This document shows, piece after piece, positions 36,237 to 46,258 of a stretch of DNA of 64,000 nt. The notes below the pieces were generated by a model that worked only from the letters and a program-made list of their open reading frames with translations, was not told the DNA's origin and did not search any database. Each line of letters starts with the position of its first letter. The stretch's first letter is position 1. The translations under genes were made by a program, and so were the position numbers. The stretch spans positions 32,001 to 96,000 of the forward strand of contig JAOZGC010000001.1 of NCBI GenBank assembly GCA_027491915.1, written 5' to 3'. Source of the stretch: Thermoproteota archaeon (GTDB lineage: Archaea; Korarchaeota; Korarchaeia; Korarchaeales; Korarchaeaceae).

Positions 36237-37721
36237 TCACCTGGCCGATCGTGGTACGGTCAGCGGGGCCCCCTCTTCCGGGAGCCTGACCCTGCCCCTG
36301 ATCTGTCGGGGCAGGTAGGCCCGGAGGAGGTCCGGGTGGAGGCTGTGAATCGGGATGACCACCTGGGGGTCCACCTCGGAGACCATCCTCGCGAGATCCT
36401 CTGGATAGGCGTGGCCCGAGACGTGTATCCTGTAGTACACGTCGACCCCGTAAAGGGAGAGCCACCCCAGCACCCTGTCCAACCCCAGGGCGGTCTCCTC
36501 GCTGAAGGGCTCCGACCTGCTCATCACGAAGGTGATCCCCGCGTCGATCCCGGAGGGCGGCAGGAGGTCCTTCAGCAGCCTGGCCGGGTTCGCGGTCAGC
36601 ACGATGTAGCCCGCCCCATCCCTCAGGAGCCTCCCCCTGCCCTCCTCACCCCACATCACCTCCCCGCCGAAACCCTCGGCCAGGGACCTCACCGCCCTGG
36701 ATCTGCCCTCCAGGTAGGCCTCCCCCGATCCCCCCCTCAACTTCTTCTTCCTGAGGAGGAGGTCGTAGTCGCCCCCTCGGGGCAGGTCCCCCACGAGGCC
36801 CGACCGACCAAGCCTGTCCACGATGACGGCGTGGGACTCCGACATGACCAGCCTCCTCCCGACGGACCCGGCGACCCTCCAGACCGTCCTGATCCTGTCC
36901 ACGTCGGCGGGCCCCGAGTCCACCACGACCAGGGAGTCGGGCCTCTCCTCCAGGACCTCCCCCATCCTCTCCCCGACCTCGCGCTCCGACCTGGCCTCCA
37001 GCCTGACCCTCTTGGGGACCCTGGATCCCATCTTGGCGGACGCCATGGCCTCTATCAGCCTGATGACGGCCGATTCCGGGTCTCCCTCCGGGGCCAGGTT
37101 GGTCCCCTCCGTTATCAGGGTGCCGATCCCCTCCTCCCTGGCCGCCTCGACGAAATCCTCCGTCAGATAACCCTTTTCCCCGTGAAATCTCAGATCCCCG
37201 GTGTAGGCCAGGCTCTCGCCGCCGCACCTGACCAGGAAGCCGTAGGATCCGGGGATGGAGTGATCCACATGGATCGGGATCGCCTGGAAGTCTCCGGCCG
37301 GCTCGATCTCCCTCCCGGTCGAGAACGTCTCGACGGACAGGTGGTCAAATCTCCTCCTCCAATCCCTCCTGGCGGACAGCTCCTCCCTGGCCTCCACTAT
37401 CGACCAGGCCGCCTCCCCGACGAAGACCCTGGTCCCGGGTCCGAGCACCGGCGCGTACCCTATGTGATCCCAGTGCGCGTGGGAGATCAGCACCGCGCCC
37501 CCATCCCAGGCGTTCGGCCCGTACAGCCCGCCCACGCGCGGCAGCAGGCCGGTCTTCAGCATGTCCCCGACGTCCGTCGGGGCGAGGAAGGGAGGATCGA
37601 AGTAGAGGGACTCCCTCTGATAGCTGGCCCCGAAGTCCAGCAGGACCCCGCGATCCCCGCACTCGACGAGGACCTTGTTCCCCCCTATCTCACCGATCCC
37701 ACCGAGAACCCTGACCCTCAA
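36237..37721 (-). CDS. MBL-fold beta-CASP nuclease (RNase J-like)
   Basis: EIGGN, SHAHWDH, VDHS, YTGDLR, HVSGH, PIH; start set at TTG 37721. Confidence 0.85.
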   Translation of the reverse strand: MRVRVLGGIGEIGGNKVLVECGDRGVLLDFGASYQRESLYFDPPFLAPTDVGDMLKTGLLPRVGGLYGPNAWDGGAVLISHAHWDHIGYAPVLGPGTRVFVGEAAWSIVEAREELSARRDWRRRFDHLSVETFSTGREIEPAGDFQAIPIHVDHSIPGSYGFLVRCGGESLAYTGDLRFHGEKGYLTEDFVEAAREEGIGTLITEGTNLAPEGDPESAVIRLIEAMASAKMGSRVPKRVRLEARSEREVGERMGEVLEERPDSLVVVDSGPADVDRIRTVWRVAGSVGRRLVMSESHAVIVDRLGRSGLVGDLPRGGDYDLLLRKKKLRGGSGEAYLEGRSRAVRSLAEGFGGEVMWGEEGRGRLLRDGAGYIVLTANPARLLKDLLPPSGIDAGITFVMSRSEPFSEETALGLDRVLGWLSLYGVDVYYRIHVSGHAYPEDLARMVSEVDPQVVIPIHSLHPDLLRAYLPRQIRGRVRLPEEGAPLTVPRSAR

Positions 37722-37827
37722 CGGGTCCGCCGCCGCCCCGCACTTATTACTCCTCCGGCCGGTCCGTCGGCCTCCGCCCCCCGCGCGGCTGTCCATTTTT
37801 TATACATGAGCGCCGGTTCATCCGGCG

Positions 37828-38985
37828 ATGAGGGTCCTCCCGGCGGTCCTGGCCGCGGCCGTGATCCTGGCCGCGGCCGCCGTCTGCCGAGCCCAGGAGG
37901 GGATCTCCCTCCACATCTTCGGTTCCTCCGCCTGCCCAGAGTGCTGCGAGCTGAAGGACACCCTCTCAAGCCTTTTCGGTGCCGAGTCCATCCGGTTCTA
38001 TGAGGTAATGGGGAACGAGACCAACTTGAAGAGCCTCAGGGAGGCGTCAGAACTGGCCTTCCCGGGCGAGCCCCCCATCTACCCCCTGACGGGCGTGTTC
38101 TCTGGTGGGAGGCTGGTGGCCGTGGTCAGGGGCAACCCCGGAAAATCGATCTGGCTCGACCTCTCGACCAGATCTGGGGCTCCCGTGGCGGTCGGGCCGG
38201 GCGGCGAGGAGATGCCCATCCCGCCCGAGGCGATCCCGAGGCTGGAGTCCCTCCTCCGGGGGGGTCGAGAGACCGGCGTCGGTCGGGGCCCAGGCGGGGG
38301 GAACTCCACCTGCCGCTCCGTCGGCTGGGAGGTGGTGGCGGCCATCCTCTCTGCCGCGGCGGCCGACTCAGTCAATCCCTGCACCTTCAGCGTCTTCACC
38401 GCCCTGACCCTCCTGGCGGCCGCGGCCGGGGGCAGGAGGAGGGCCTCCTCCTCGGGGGCAGCCTTCATAGCAGCCGTCTTCCTGACCTACACCGCCCTGG
38501 GGTTCGGCCTGATCGGGGTGTTCTCCTACGTTCCGTGGGTGAGGTACGCGGTCGGCGCGCTGGGACTGGCGGTGGGGGCCTACGAGGTGGCCTCCTCCCT
38601 TGGGGGAGAATTCAGATCCCCCCTCCCCGGGCCGCTCTACAGGCTCACGTCCGGACTGGTAGACAGGGTGTCATCGTCGGCCGGCGTGCCCCTGGCCTTC
38701 TTGGGGGGCGTCGTGATAAGCCTCACCCTGCTCCCCTGCTCCTCCGGGCCCTACCTGGTGGCGACGTCCCTCCTGTCCGGACTGCCCCCCGGGATCAGGG
38801 TCTCTCTGCTGCTGGCGTACAACGCGATCTTCGTCGCCCCCCTGGCGGCCATACTGGCGGCCGTGCTCCTGCTGGAGAGGTGGGAGAGGGGGATCAAGTC
38901 CTGGAGGAGCAGGAGGTTGTGGTTCCTCAACGTCCTGGCCGGCGCCCTCCTGATCGCGGTATCGGTCTTCGCCCTGCTGGGATGA
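37828..38985 (+). CDS. Thioredoxin-like domain fused to CcdA/DsbD-family membrane domain
   Basis: Signal peptide, CPEC, DSVNPC and LPCSSGPY. Confidence 0.85.
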   Translation: MRVLPAVLAAAVILAAAAVCRAQEGISLHIFGSSACPECCELKDTLSSLFGAESIRFYEVMGNETNLKSLREASELAFPGEPPIYPLTGVFSGGRLVAVVRGNPGKSIWLDLSTRSGAPVAVGPGGEEMPIPPEAIPRLESLLRGGRETGVGRGPGGGNSTCRSVGWEVVAAILSAAAADSVNPCTFSVFTALTLLAAAAGGRRRASSSGAAFIAAVFLTYTALGFGLIGVFSYVPWVRYAVGALGLAVGAYEVASSLGGEFRSPLPGPLYRLTSGLVDRVSSSAGVPLAFLGGVVISLTLLPCSSGPYLVATSLLSGLPPGIRVSLLLAYNAIFVAPLAAILAAVLLLERWERGIKSWRSRRLWFLNVLAGALLIAVSVFALLG

Positions 38986-39025
38986 TTGGAAATCTTTTTC
39001 TTTTGAGGCGGAGCGCTGGCGTCGG

Positions 39026-39682
39026 GTGATCCGACTGAGCGCCGACCTGGGAAGGTTTGACCCGTCTTACATGATCGGGAAGGCCCTCTCCCTTCTGCTC
39101 AACCCCGCCGGGGCCTACTACACCATGCTGGAGATAAGGGAGAGTCACCCGGGGCTCCTCACCGGCATCGTCTTCGTCGCCTTGATCTCCGTGCTCGAAG
39201 CCTTGGGACAGCTGCTGGGGATTTTCCTGGCCATCCACACCCTCCTCGGTCCCCTCCCTGGAATGGCCGGCGTCTTCCTCGCGCGGGCCCTGCTGACCTC
39301 CCTCGTAGTCGGGCCGATCGTGGGAGTGATAGGGTGGCTCATACTGACCCTGATATCCTACGTGATCGGCAAGATCGTCAGGGGAGAGCCCGTGGAGGTG
39401 CCCATGGGGGAGTTCTCGTCGCTGGCCGTCATGTTCGCCTTCGCCGCGGCCCCCGGGATCCTGATGATCATCCCCTGGATGGCCGCAGGCCCAGCCCTGG
39501 CGTGGCTCGTCAACCTGGCGGTGGGGGCCTGGTCCTACTACTACACCTGGACCGCGGCCAGGGCCATGTTCGAGGTCGACGAGATGAAGGCCGTCATAAT
39601 AACTGCTATTCAGCTCCTGATGTTCCTGTGGTCTCTGATCTCAACCCCGTGGGCCTTCACGGCGGGAGTCGCGCTGCCCTGA
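39026..39682 (+). CDS. Yip1-domain membrane protein
   Basis: LLLNP.., five TM helices, FAFAAAP, WSYY pattern. Confidence 0.75.
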   Translation: MIRLSADLGRFDPSYMIGKALSLLLNPAGAYYTMLEIRESHPGLLTGIVFVALISVLEALGQLLGIFLAIHTLLGPLPGMAGVFLARALLTSLVVGPIVGVIGWLILTLISYVIGKIVRGEPVEVPMGEFSSLAVMFAFAAAPGILMIIPWMAAGPALAWLVNLAVGAWSYYYTWTAARAMFEVDEMKAVIITAIQLLMFLWSLISTPWAFTAGVALP

Positions 39683-40677
39683 GGGGGCCCGGTTCGTGGG
39701 TCCCGCCGCCCTCCCCCCCTCCCGCCGGGACCGCAGGCCCTCCTCCACCCCACCTCCTCCAGCGCTGCCCCCAGGAGCAGGGGCGTCACGATGGTCGCGT
39801 CGCCCACCACCGTGACCCTGGCCGCCCCCTCCGAGATCTTCCCCCAGGACACCGCCTCCCTGTCCCTGGCCCCGGAGAGGCTGCCGTCGTACTCGGCCGC
39901 GGTGGTCACGTAGACGGCGTAATCCAGGCCCCCCTTGAACATGTTCCACCCTATCGTGTGGTGCTTGGCTATACCCCCGCCCAGGATCAGCGCGCCTGTC
40001 TTCTCCGCCCCGAACACCAGCTCCGCCAACTCGACCTGATCCCTGAGCACGTCCACCTGGAAGTCGGGGTGCGACTCCCTGAACAGCCAGAGCTGGTTCC
40101 CCACCGCCCCGTCTGTTATCCCCGGAACGTACACCGGGACGCCGGCCTCGGCCGCCGCCCTCAGGATCGATCCCGGGCAGGCAAGCTCCTCCCCCATCCT
40201 CCCGACGAGCTCCGCGCACCCCCAGGTTCTCTTCTCCCCGTACGCCGAGGAGAGGAACGGCTGAATCTTCTCCTCCAGGGTCGTGAACTCAGAGATCGGC
40301 ACGAAGACGTTCCCCAGCCTGGCCACACCCCTTCTGTGCAGCTCGGCATCGTCGGCGTAGAAGGATCCCGGGCGGTACGACCCCCAGCACCTGATCAGGT
40401 CGTGGTCTATCGTCCCCGCCGTCGTCACCAGGACGTCGAACATCCCCAGCTCCAAGACCTGGGCCAGCACCCCCCTCAGTCCCGTGGCGACCAGGTTGGC
40501 CGTGAAGGCCAAGAACGTCTTGACCCCCATCTCGCCCCACATGGACGACAGTATCTCCACTCCCCTGGCCAGGTTGACCGCCTGGAACCCCCCCGACCTC
40601 CCGAGGGCGCGCGCCAGATCGGCGACCGTCATTCCGGGCTCCAAGCGGTAATCCTCGACCCTGACCTCCCCCCCCAA
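39610..40677 (-). CDS. dys: Deoxyhypusine synthase
   Basis: GGFQA, TANLVATGLR, GGGIAKHH, DGSLSGA..EAVSWGK, GDAT. Confidence 0.93.
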   Translation of the reverse strand: MGGEVRVEDYRLEPGMTVADLARALGRSGGFQAVNLARGVEILSSMWGEMGVKTFLAFTANLVATGLRGVLAQVLELGMFDVLVTTAGTIDHDLIRCWGSYRPGSFYADDAELHRRGVARLGNVFVPISEFTTLEEKIQPFLSSAYGEKRTWGCAELVGRMGEELACPGSILRAAAEAGVPVYVPGITDGAVGNQLWLFRESHPDFQVDVLRDQVELAELVFGAEKTGALILGGGIAKHHTIGWNMFKGGLDYAVYVTTAAEYDGSLSGARDREAVSWGKISEGAARVTVVGDATIVTPLLLGAALEEVGWRRACGPGGRGGGRRDPRTGPPQGSATPAVKAHGVEIRDHRNIRS

Positions 40678-40917
40678 GCCAGGTCGGCCTCCCGGCGATG
40701 CTCGGTCCCACCTTTTAATCTGTTTGCGGCTTCGCATAGTGACCCCATCCCAAAAGGAGGTTCCGGCGCCAACAGGGGGACTCCAGCGGCCGACGTCGCC
40801 GACCTCCGGGCGCCCCAGCGTGCCGCCGGGGGGGCATACTTATTTATTACCCAACCCGGGCGGTATAGCCTGCCCAATCGGGCAGATGCCCCCCAGTTTA
40901 TGGAGGGGATGGGAAAT

Positions 40918-43599
40918 ATGTGGAGCGAGAGATTGAGGAGGGCTGCCGTCCTAGTGCTGGCAGGCACCATGATCCTATCGATCTTCGCCGTCTCCGTCAG
41001 CGCGCAGCCCGAGAAGGGACCCGCGGTCGACGAGATCATAGTCGAGACGAGGGCCACGGGAGACGTGGCAATAGGAGACGTGGCGACCGGCAGGCTCGAC
41101 GCATATCTGAAGTCCCTGTCTCCAGCGGCCTACTCCGGGATCCCCGAGGATTGGAAGGCCAACCTTAGGTTGATACCCAACTCCGGCGGGATCTGGGAGA
41201 TAACCATGAACCCGGTGCACGACGACGACAGCCCCTACATAGTCACGGTCGAGGGGAAGGAGTACTTCAATCCGTTCGCCATCAGGGAGGTCAGGTTCGC
41301 CCTGAACTACCTCATAAACAGGAAGTACCTGATCGACGAGATCCTCTCCGGCGGCGGCGTCCCCATGTTCGGGGCCGTCAACCCGCTCGGGGCCGGGAAC
41401 GACATGGTGAAGGACATCTATGAGAAGTACGGGTTCACCGAGGAGGGTGACGAGGCCAGAGGCCTCCAGATGATAGAGGAGGCCATGGAGAGGGCCGCCA
41501 GCGAGCTCGGCGGGAGGCTGGTGAAGACCCAGGATCCGAGGGCCCCCGCCGGATACTGGTGGACCTTCGACGGGGAGCCCGTCACCGTCAAGTTCTTCAT
41601 AAGGGTGGAGGACGAGAGGCACGAGGAAGGCCTCTACGTGGCCAACCAGATAGAGAAGGCCGGTATAAAGGTCGACAGGATAGAGGGCAACTTCCAGAAG
41701 TGCATCTACACGGTCTACCTCACCGACCCCAGGGACTACGAGTGGAACCTCTACACCGCCGGGTGGGGGGCCACCTCAGGCTACGGGGCCAAGTACCCGG
41801 ACGACGACGTCGCCTGGTTCTACGCCCCGTGGTACGGGTGGATGCCCGCCTACGAGGTTGAGGGATGGTGGGAGTGGCAGAACGAGACCATAGACGAGCT
41901 GACCCAGGACGTGATACTGGGTAAGATCTCCGGGATGGAGGCCTACTGGGACAGGATAAGGAAGGCCGTGGACATAGGGGTTTACGAGAGCATAAGGGTG
42001 TTCACCGTCCTGACGATAGACTACTTCCCGGTGAACGACATACACGTCACCAAGATCGGTTACGACCTGACCACCGGCCTCTGGTCCTACTGGCCGTGGA
42101 GGACCGTTGAGACCTCGGACGGGCAGCTCAAGGTGGCCGTCGAGGCCCAGCAGGCGGCCATGTACACCTCTGCCTGGAACCCGATAGGGGGATTCGACGA
42201 CGTCTACTCCCACGCGGTCTGGAGGGCCATCCACGACGAGGGCGCCCCCTCGGACCCGGTCAACGTAGACCCCATCCCGTGCAGGGTGAACTGGACCCTG
42301 CACATGGGATACAACATGACCGACGAGGGACCCGTCGGGACCCTGGACGTGCCGGCCGACGCCGTGGTCTACGACTCGTCCAACGACTCGTGGGTCAAGA
42401 TAGGTCCTGGTCACAAGGCGGTCGCCAAGGTCAACTTCCACCTGCTGTTCGGCAACTGGCACGACGGCTCGCCCATGACCATGGCGGACGTCATGTACTC
42501 CATAGGGTGGGACTACGAGTGGTCCCACCTGGACGGCGAGGGGGACGTCTACTACGATCAGCAGTACGCCTCCAGCATGGGACCCATCCTCGACACGATA
42601 GTGGGCTTCCAGTTCTTCCCGGACAACGACACCGTGGTGGTCTACCACAACTACAAGCACGTCGCCTCCGACGCGTTCACCGCGACCTACTACACGCCGT
42701 GGCCGACCATACCCTGGGAGGTCATGGAGGCCATGAGCGACATGGTGGCCAACGGAGGCGCGTCTGGAACCAACTACAGCTGGTACAAGACCGAGGGACG
42801 TGAGTACATCAGCATGATAACCCCGTCCCACGTCGACGACATAAAGGCGGCCATAAACAAGTTCAGGAGCAGGGGTTACGTGCCTCCCTACATAAGTGGG
42901 GTGGTGACCCCAGGACAGGCCAGGGCCAGGTACGACGCGGCCCTCAGGTTCATAGAGCAGTACCACCACGCTGCCATATCCAACGGCCCGTTCATCCTCG
43001 TGAGGTACGATCCCAACGCCATGTTCATGCAGCTGGTGGCCAACAGGGATCCGACCTACCCGTTCACGCCGGACTACTGGTTCAACAGGCTCTCCATAGT
43101 CACCGAGAGCGTCGAGTCGGTCGACGCCCCGGTCAGCATCACGGCCGGTGAGGACTTCTCGGTGACGGTCAGCGTGACCGAGCAGGGCCAGTTCCCCGAG
43201 AAGTACACCAAACCGGCCGAGGAGGCCTACGTGCTCGTGGAGCTCCTGGATCCGTCGGGCAACACCATATTCTCGCAGCAGGCCGATCTGGTCTCCCCGG
43301 GAACCTTCTCGGTGAGCGTGCCGGGCAGCGCCACAGAGGGCAAGGCCGAGGGATCCTACACCATAAGGGTGACGGCGGCCAAGACGGCCCAGGCCACGGG
43401 CGCCTCCGTGGTCACCCAGGAGCTGGTCGTGACCGCCCCCGCGCCTCCGCCGCCTCCGCCGAGCGGCAACGTCACCCCGACCCCGCCGCCTCCGCCGCCT
43501 CCGCCGCCTGCCGCCGCCGGTCCGAACTGGATGCTCATAGGGGGAATAATCGTAGTAATAATCATAATAGCAGCGGCCCTACTACTGAGAAAGAAGTGA
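40918..43599 (+). CDS. Family 5 (oligopeptide/dipeptide) ABC substrate-binding protein with Ig domain, Pro linker and C-terminal TM anchor
   Basis: FNPFAIREVRFALNYLINR, WNPIGG, WHDG, ISNGPF; followed by the permease and ATPase genes. Confidence 0.92.
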   Translation: MWSERLRRAAVLVLAGTMILSIFAVSVSAQPEKGPAVDEIIVETRATGDVAIGDVATGRLDAYLKSLSPAAYSGIPEDWKANLRLIPNSGGIWEITMNPVHDDDSPYIVTVEGKEYFNPFAIREVRFALNYLINRKYLIDEILSGGGVPMFGAVNPLGAGNDMVKDIYEKYGFTEEGDEARGLQMIEEAMERAASELGGRLVKTQDPRAPAGYWWTFDGEPVTVKFFIRVEDERHEEGLYVANQIEKAGIKVDRIEGNFQKCIYTVYLTDPRDYEWNLYTAGWGATSGYGAKYPDDDVAWFYAPWYGWMPAYEVEGWWEWQNETIDELTQDVILGKISGMEAYWDRIRKAVDIGVYESIRVFTVLTIDYFPVNDIHVTKIGYDLTTGLWSYWPWRTVETSDGQLKVAVEAQQAAMYTSAWNPIGGFDDVYSHAVWRAIHDEGAPSDPVNVDPIPCRVNWTLHMGYNMTDEGPVGTLDVPADAVVYDSSNDSWVKIGPGHKAVAKVNFHLLFGNWHDGSPMTMADVMYSIGWDYEWSHLDGEGDVYYDQQYASSMGPILDTIVGFQFFPDNDTVVVYHNYKHVASDAFTATYYTPWPTIPWEVMEAMSDMVANGGASGTNYSWYKTEGREYISMITPSHVDDIKAAINKFRSRGYVPPYISGVVTPGQARARYDAALRFIEQYHHAAISNGPFILVRYDPNAMFMQLVANRDPTYPFTPDYWFNRLSIVTESVESVDAPVSITAGEDFSVTVSVTEQGQFPEKYTKPAEEAYVLVELLDPSGNTIFSQQADLVSPGTFSVSVPGSATEGKAEGSYTIRVTAAKTAQATGASVVTQELVVTAPAPPPPPPSGNVTPTPPPPPPPPPAAAGPNWMLIGGIIVVIIIIAAALLLRKK
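43436..43518 (+). repeat. Low-complexity (ccgcct/ccg)n poly-Pro linker
   Basis: Encodes APAPPPPPPSGNVTPTPPPPPPPPP. Confidence 0.8.
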
Positions 43600-43610
43600 G
43601 AAACTCCCCC

Positions 43611-43627
43611 CTTTCTTTTCTTTTTTT
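43611..43627 (+). terminator. T-rich archaeal terminator after the substrate-binding protein gene
   Basis: ctttcttttcttttttt immediately after the stop codon. Confidence 0.65.
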
Positions 43628-43726
43628 AATAATATATCCCGGATCCGGCCGCCGGACCTCCGCACCTATTTTATAGGGAATCCGGCCCGCAAACTCGAGC
43701 GCGATCCACCCAACAGGGTGCGGTGA

Positions 43727-44791
43727 ATGGGTTTCGGCAGGTTCATCGTGGTTAGGGTTCTGAACGCCCTGCTGGTTCTGGTGATAGCGCTCCTCTTAGT
43801 TTCGGCCATATTCAGCGCCGAGGCCGAGAGGGAGCTCAGGGGCAGGATAGAGGAGCAGATCACCAACCAGCTGAGGAACAACCCCCAGCTCCTCAGGTCC
43901 ATGACCCAGGAGCAGATAGCCCAGTGGAAGGCCGAACAGAGGGAGATACTCTACAGGAGGTACGGTCTGGACAAACCCCTCTGGCAGAGGGTGCTCATTT
44001 ACGCCTGGGATCAGCTGCGGCTGAAGCTGGGCAAGTCGACCTCAATACAGTCTCTGTCCGGTTCCAGCGACGTGGCCACCATAATACTGGAGGCCCTGCC
44101 CAGGACCATACTCCTGTTCACGACGGCGCAGATAATAACGACGGTGATAGGCCTGATCCTGGGGCTTAAGGCGGCCCAGTCCGCCGGCAGCCTGCTCGAC
44201 AAGTCCCTGTCGGTCTTCGCCCTCCTGACGGCGAGCCTCCCCATGTGGTGGACCGGGATGCTCTTCATCATAATATTCTCCTACTACCTGGGGTGGCTCC
44301 CCAGCGGCGGGATGATATCCACCCCCCCGCCGGAGGGATCCCTCGCCCAGATGATGGACATAGGATACCACATGATCCTCCCGGTGTTCACGGCGGTATT
44401 CGTGTCGTTCGGGGCGTGGGCCTACACGGCGAGGAGCGTCGTGATAAATCAGTTCCAAGAGGACTATGTGATGGCCGCCAGGGCTAAGGGCGTCCCCGAG
44501 AGGAGGGTGATCTTCTCCCACGTCCTGAGGGCGGCCGCCCCTCCGATAGTGACCATGATGGCCTTCGGGATCATAGGATCCCTCGGGGGGGCCATGATAT
44601 CGGAGATAGTATTCAATTGGCCCGGGATGGGGAGGCTTTACTGGATAGCCATAGAGCAGAGGGACGTGCCGGTCCTCCTGGGAAACACCACCATAAGCGT
44701 GGATCTGTACCTGCTGGTGGTGGTCCTAATGGACATAATATACGGGTTCCTCGATCCGAGGGTGAAGGTCGGGGCGGCCGCCAAGCTGTGA
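43727..44791 (+). CDS. dppB: Oligopeptide ABC permease
   Basis: YGLDKPL, EDYVMAARAKG, EIVFNWPGMG, LDPRV. Confidence 0.92.
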   Translation: MGFGRFIVVRVLNALLVLVIALLLVSAIFSAEAERELRGRIEEQITNQLRNNPQLLRSMTQEQIAQWKAEQREILYRRYGLDKPLWQRVLIYAWDQLRLKLGKSTSIQSLSGSSDVATIILEALPRTILLFTTAQIITTVIGLILGLKAAQSAGSLLDKSLSVFALLTASLPMWWTGMLFIIIFSYYLGWLPSGGMISTPPPEGSLAQMMDIGYHMILPVFTAVFVSFGAWAYTARSVVINQFQEDYVMAARAKGVPERRVIFSHVLRAAAPPIVTMMAFGIIGSLGGAMISEIVFNWPGMGRLYWIAIEQRDVPVLLGNTTISVDLYLLVVVLMDIIYGFLDPRVKVGAAAKL

Positions 44792-44801
44792 GGTGTGGGC
44801 G

Positions 44802-46232
44802 ATGAGGTGGGAAGATCTCAAGGCCTCCATCGGCGAGTTCTGGTACGAGTTCCGGCGGGAGCCATCTGGGATAGCCGGATTGGCCCTCCTCCTCCTCTTC
44901 GTCGGGATAGCGGTGGGCGCCCCCCTCCTGGCCCCCCCGGAGGCCTCCACCAGGTGGAGGGACATAACCTACTGGGAGGGGCTGCCCAGATCGGCCCCCC
45001 CAGAGTGGATCAATCTCTTCTCCTCCAGAAAGCTGCCTCCCCACCTGACTCTCACCAACCCTGAGGTCGAGGTGCAGGGAGGGGGGGCCATACGCAGGGT
45101 GATCATGAACTTCTCCTACGACTTCCAGTACGACGATCCCCCGACCGACCTCATGGTCTACCTCACCATCAACCTGACGGACGCCGAGAATCCGCCGACC
45201 ATGGTGGTCAGCATAGTGAGGCCCGACGGTCAGAAGATACAACTCTACAACTCGAAGTTGAGGTCGATAACCCCCGGCAAGAGGAGCAGGATCCTGGTCA
45301 CCGCGGAGGACTCGGCCGTGGCGGCCGCCATGGCCTTCGGGAGGAAGTACGAGACCCCGGAGAACATGGACAAGGTGCTCACCCAGCTGCTCAACCCGCT
45401 GCAGCCCATATTCTCAGAGGCACAGCCGGGGATGATGCTGAAGGATCAGGCGGTCCCCCTGAAGGGGAGGTACATCATCAACGTGCAGCTGTTCCTCTTC
45501 AATCCGGGGGACGAGGTGCAGGACGTCCGGGTCACCATGGCCGGCGAGGTCTACGGGCTGCTCGGGACGGACAACAACAGGAGGGACCTCTACGCCGGCC
45601 TGATATGGGGGACCCAGGTGTCCCTGGTGGTGGGCGTCGTGACCTCCATCTTGTCCACCGGGATAGGAGTCATCCTGGGAGTTCTGGCGGCCTACGTCGG
45701 GGGCTGGTGGGACGAGGGCATAGGCAGGGTGACGGAGATAGTCGCCTCCATCCCGGTACTCCCTCTCCTGATAATAATCTTCAGCCTCTGGAAACCGTCG
45801 ATCTGGCCCGTCATAATCCTGATGGGCATACTGGGGTGGAGCGGGACGCAGAAGGTCGTCAGGAGCATGGGGTTCCAGCTCAAGGAGGCCACCTACGTGG
45901 ACGCCGCCAGGGCCCTGGGGGCCAGGGCCTGGTGGATCATAAGCAGGCACATGGTCCCCCAGATACTTCCATATCTGTTCGCCAGCATAGCGCTGTCCGT
46001 CCCGGGATACATCCTCCTGGAGGCGGGTCTGTCCTTCCTGGGACTGGGGGACGCCACCAAGGTCACGTGGGGCCAGATCCTCCACGACGCCGAGGCCGGG
46101 GCGGCCACCATAAAGGGGATGTGGTGGTGGGTGATCCCGCCCGGGGTGGCCATAATGCTGGTCGGCCTCTCCTTCGCCCTCCTCGGGACCGCCCTCAACA
46201 GGATACTGAGCCCCAAGATGAGGACCCTGTGA
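44802..46232 (+). CDS. dppC: Oligopeptide ABC permease with large extracellular loop
   Basis: LLGTD, YVDAARALGA, EAGLSFLGLGD, WWWVIPPG. Confidence 0.92.
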   Translation: MRWEDLKASIGEFWYEFRREPSGIAGLALLLLFVGIAVGAPLLAPPEASTRWRDITYWEGLPRSAPPEWINLFSSRKLPPHLTLTNPEVEVQGGGAIRRVIMNFSYDFQYDDPPTDLMVYLTINLTDAENPPTMVVSIVRPDGQKIQLYNSKLRSITPGKRSRILVTAEDSAVAAAMAFGRKYETPENMDKVLTQLLNPLQPIFSEAQPGMMLKDQAVPLKGRYIINVQLFLFNPGDEVQDVRVTMAGEVYGLLGTDNNRRDLYAGLIWGTQVSLVVGVVTSILSTGIGVILGVLAAYVGGWWDEGIGRVTEIVASIPVLPLLIIIFSLWKPSIWPVIILMGILGWSGTQKVVRSMGFQLKEATYVDAARALGARAWWIISRHMVPQILPYLFASIALSVPGYILLEAGLSFLGLGDATKVTWGQILHDAEAGAATIKGMWWWVIPPGVAIMLVGLSFALLGTALNRILSPKMRTL

Positions 46233-46258
46233 TGGCCATGTGATGGAGGTGTCGAGGG

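Noticed and set aside
39026-39682. Yip1 protein as a eukaryotic signature protein
   Set aside because: Yip1-domain proteins are widespread in prokaryotes, and no other trafficking genes are nearby.
39334-40917. Apparent 1421-aa ORF (N-terminal extension of the substrate-binding protein), and the similar extension of MetRS from 3164
   Set aside because: The extensions overlap other genuine genes. The signal peptide and SD sites place the starts at 40918 and 3923.
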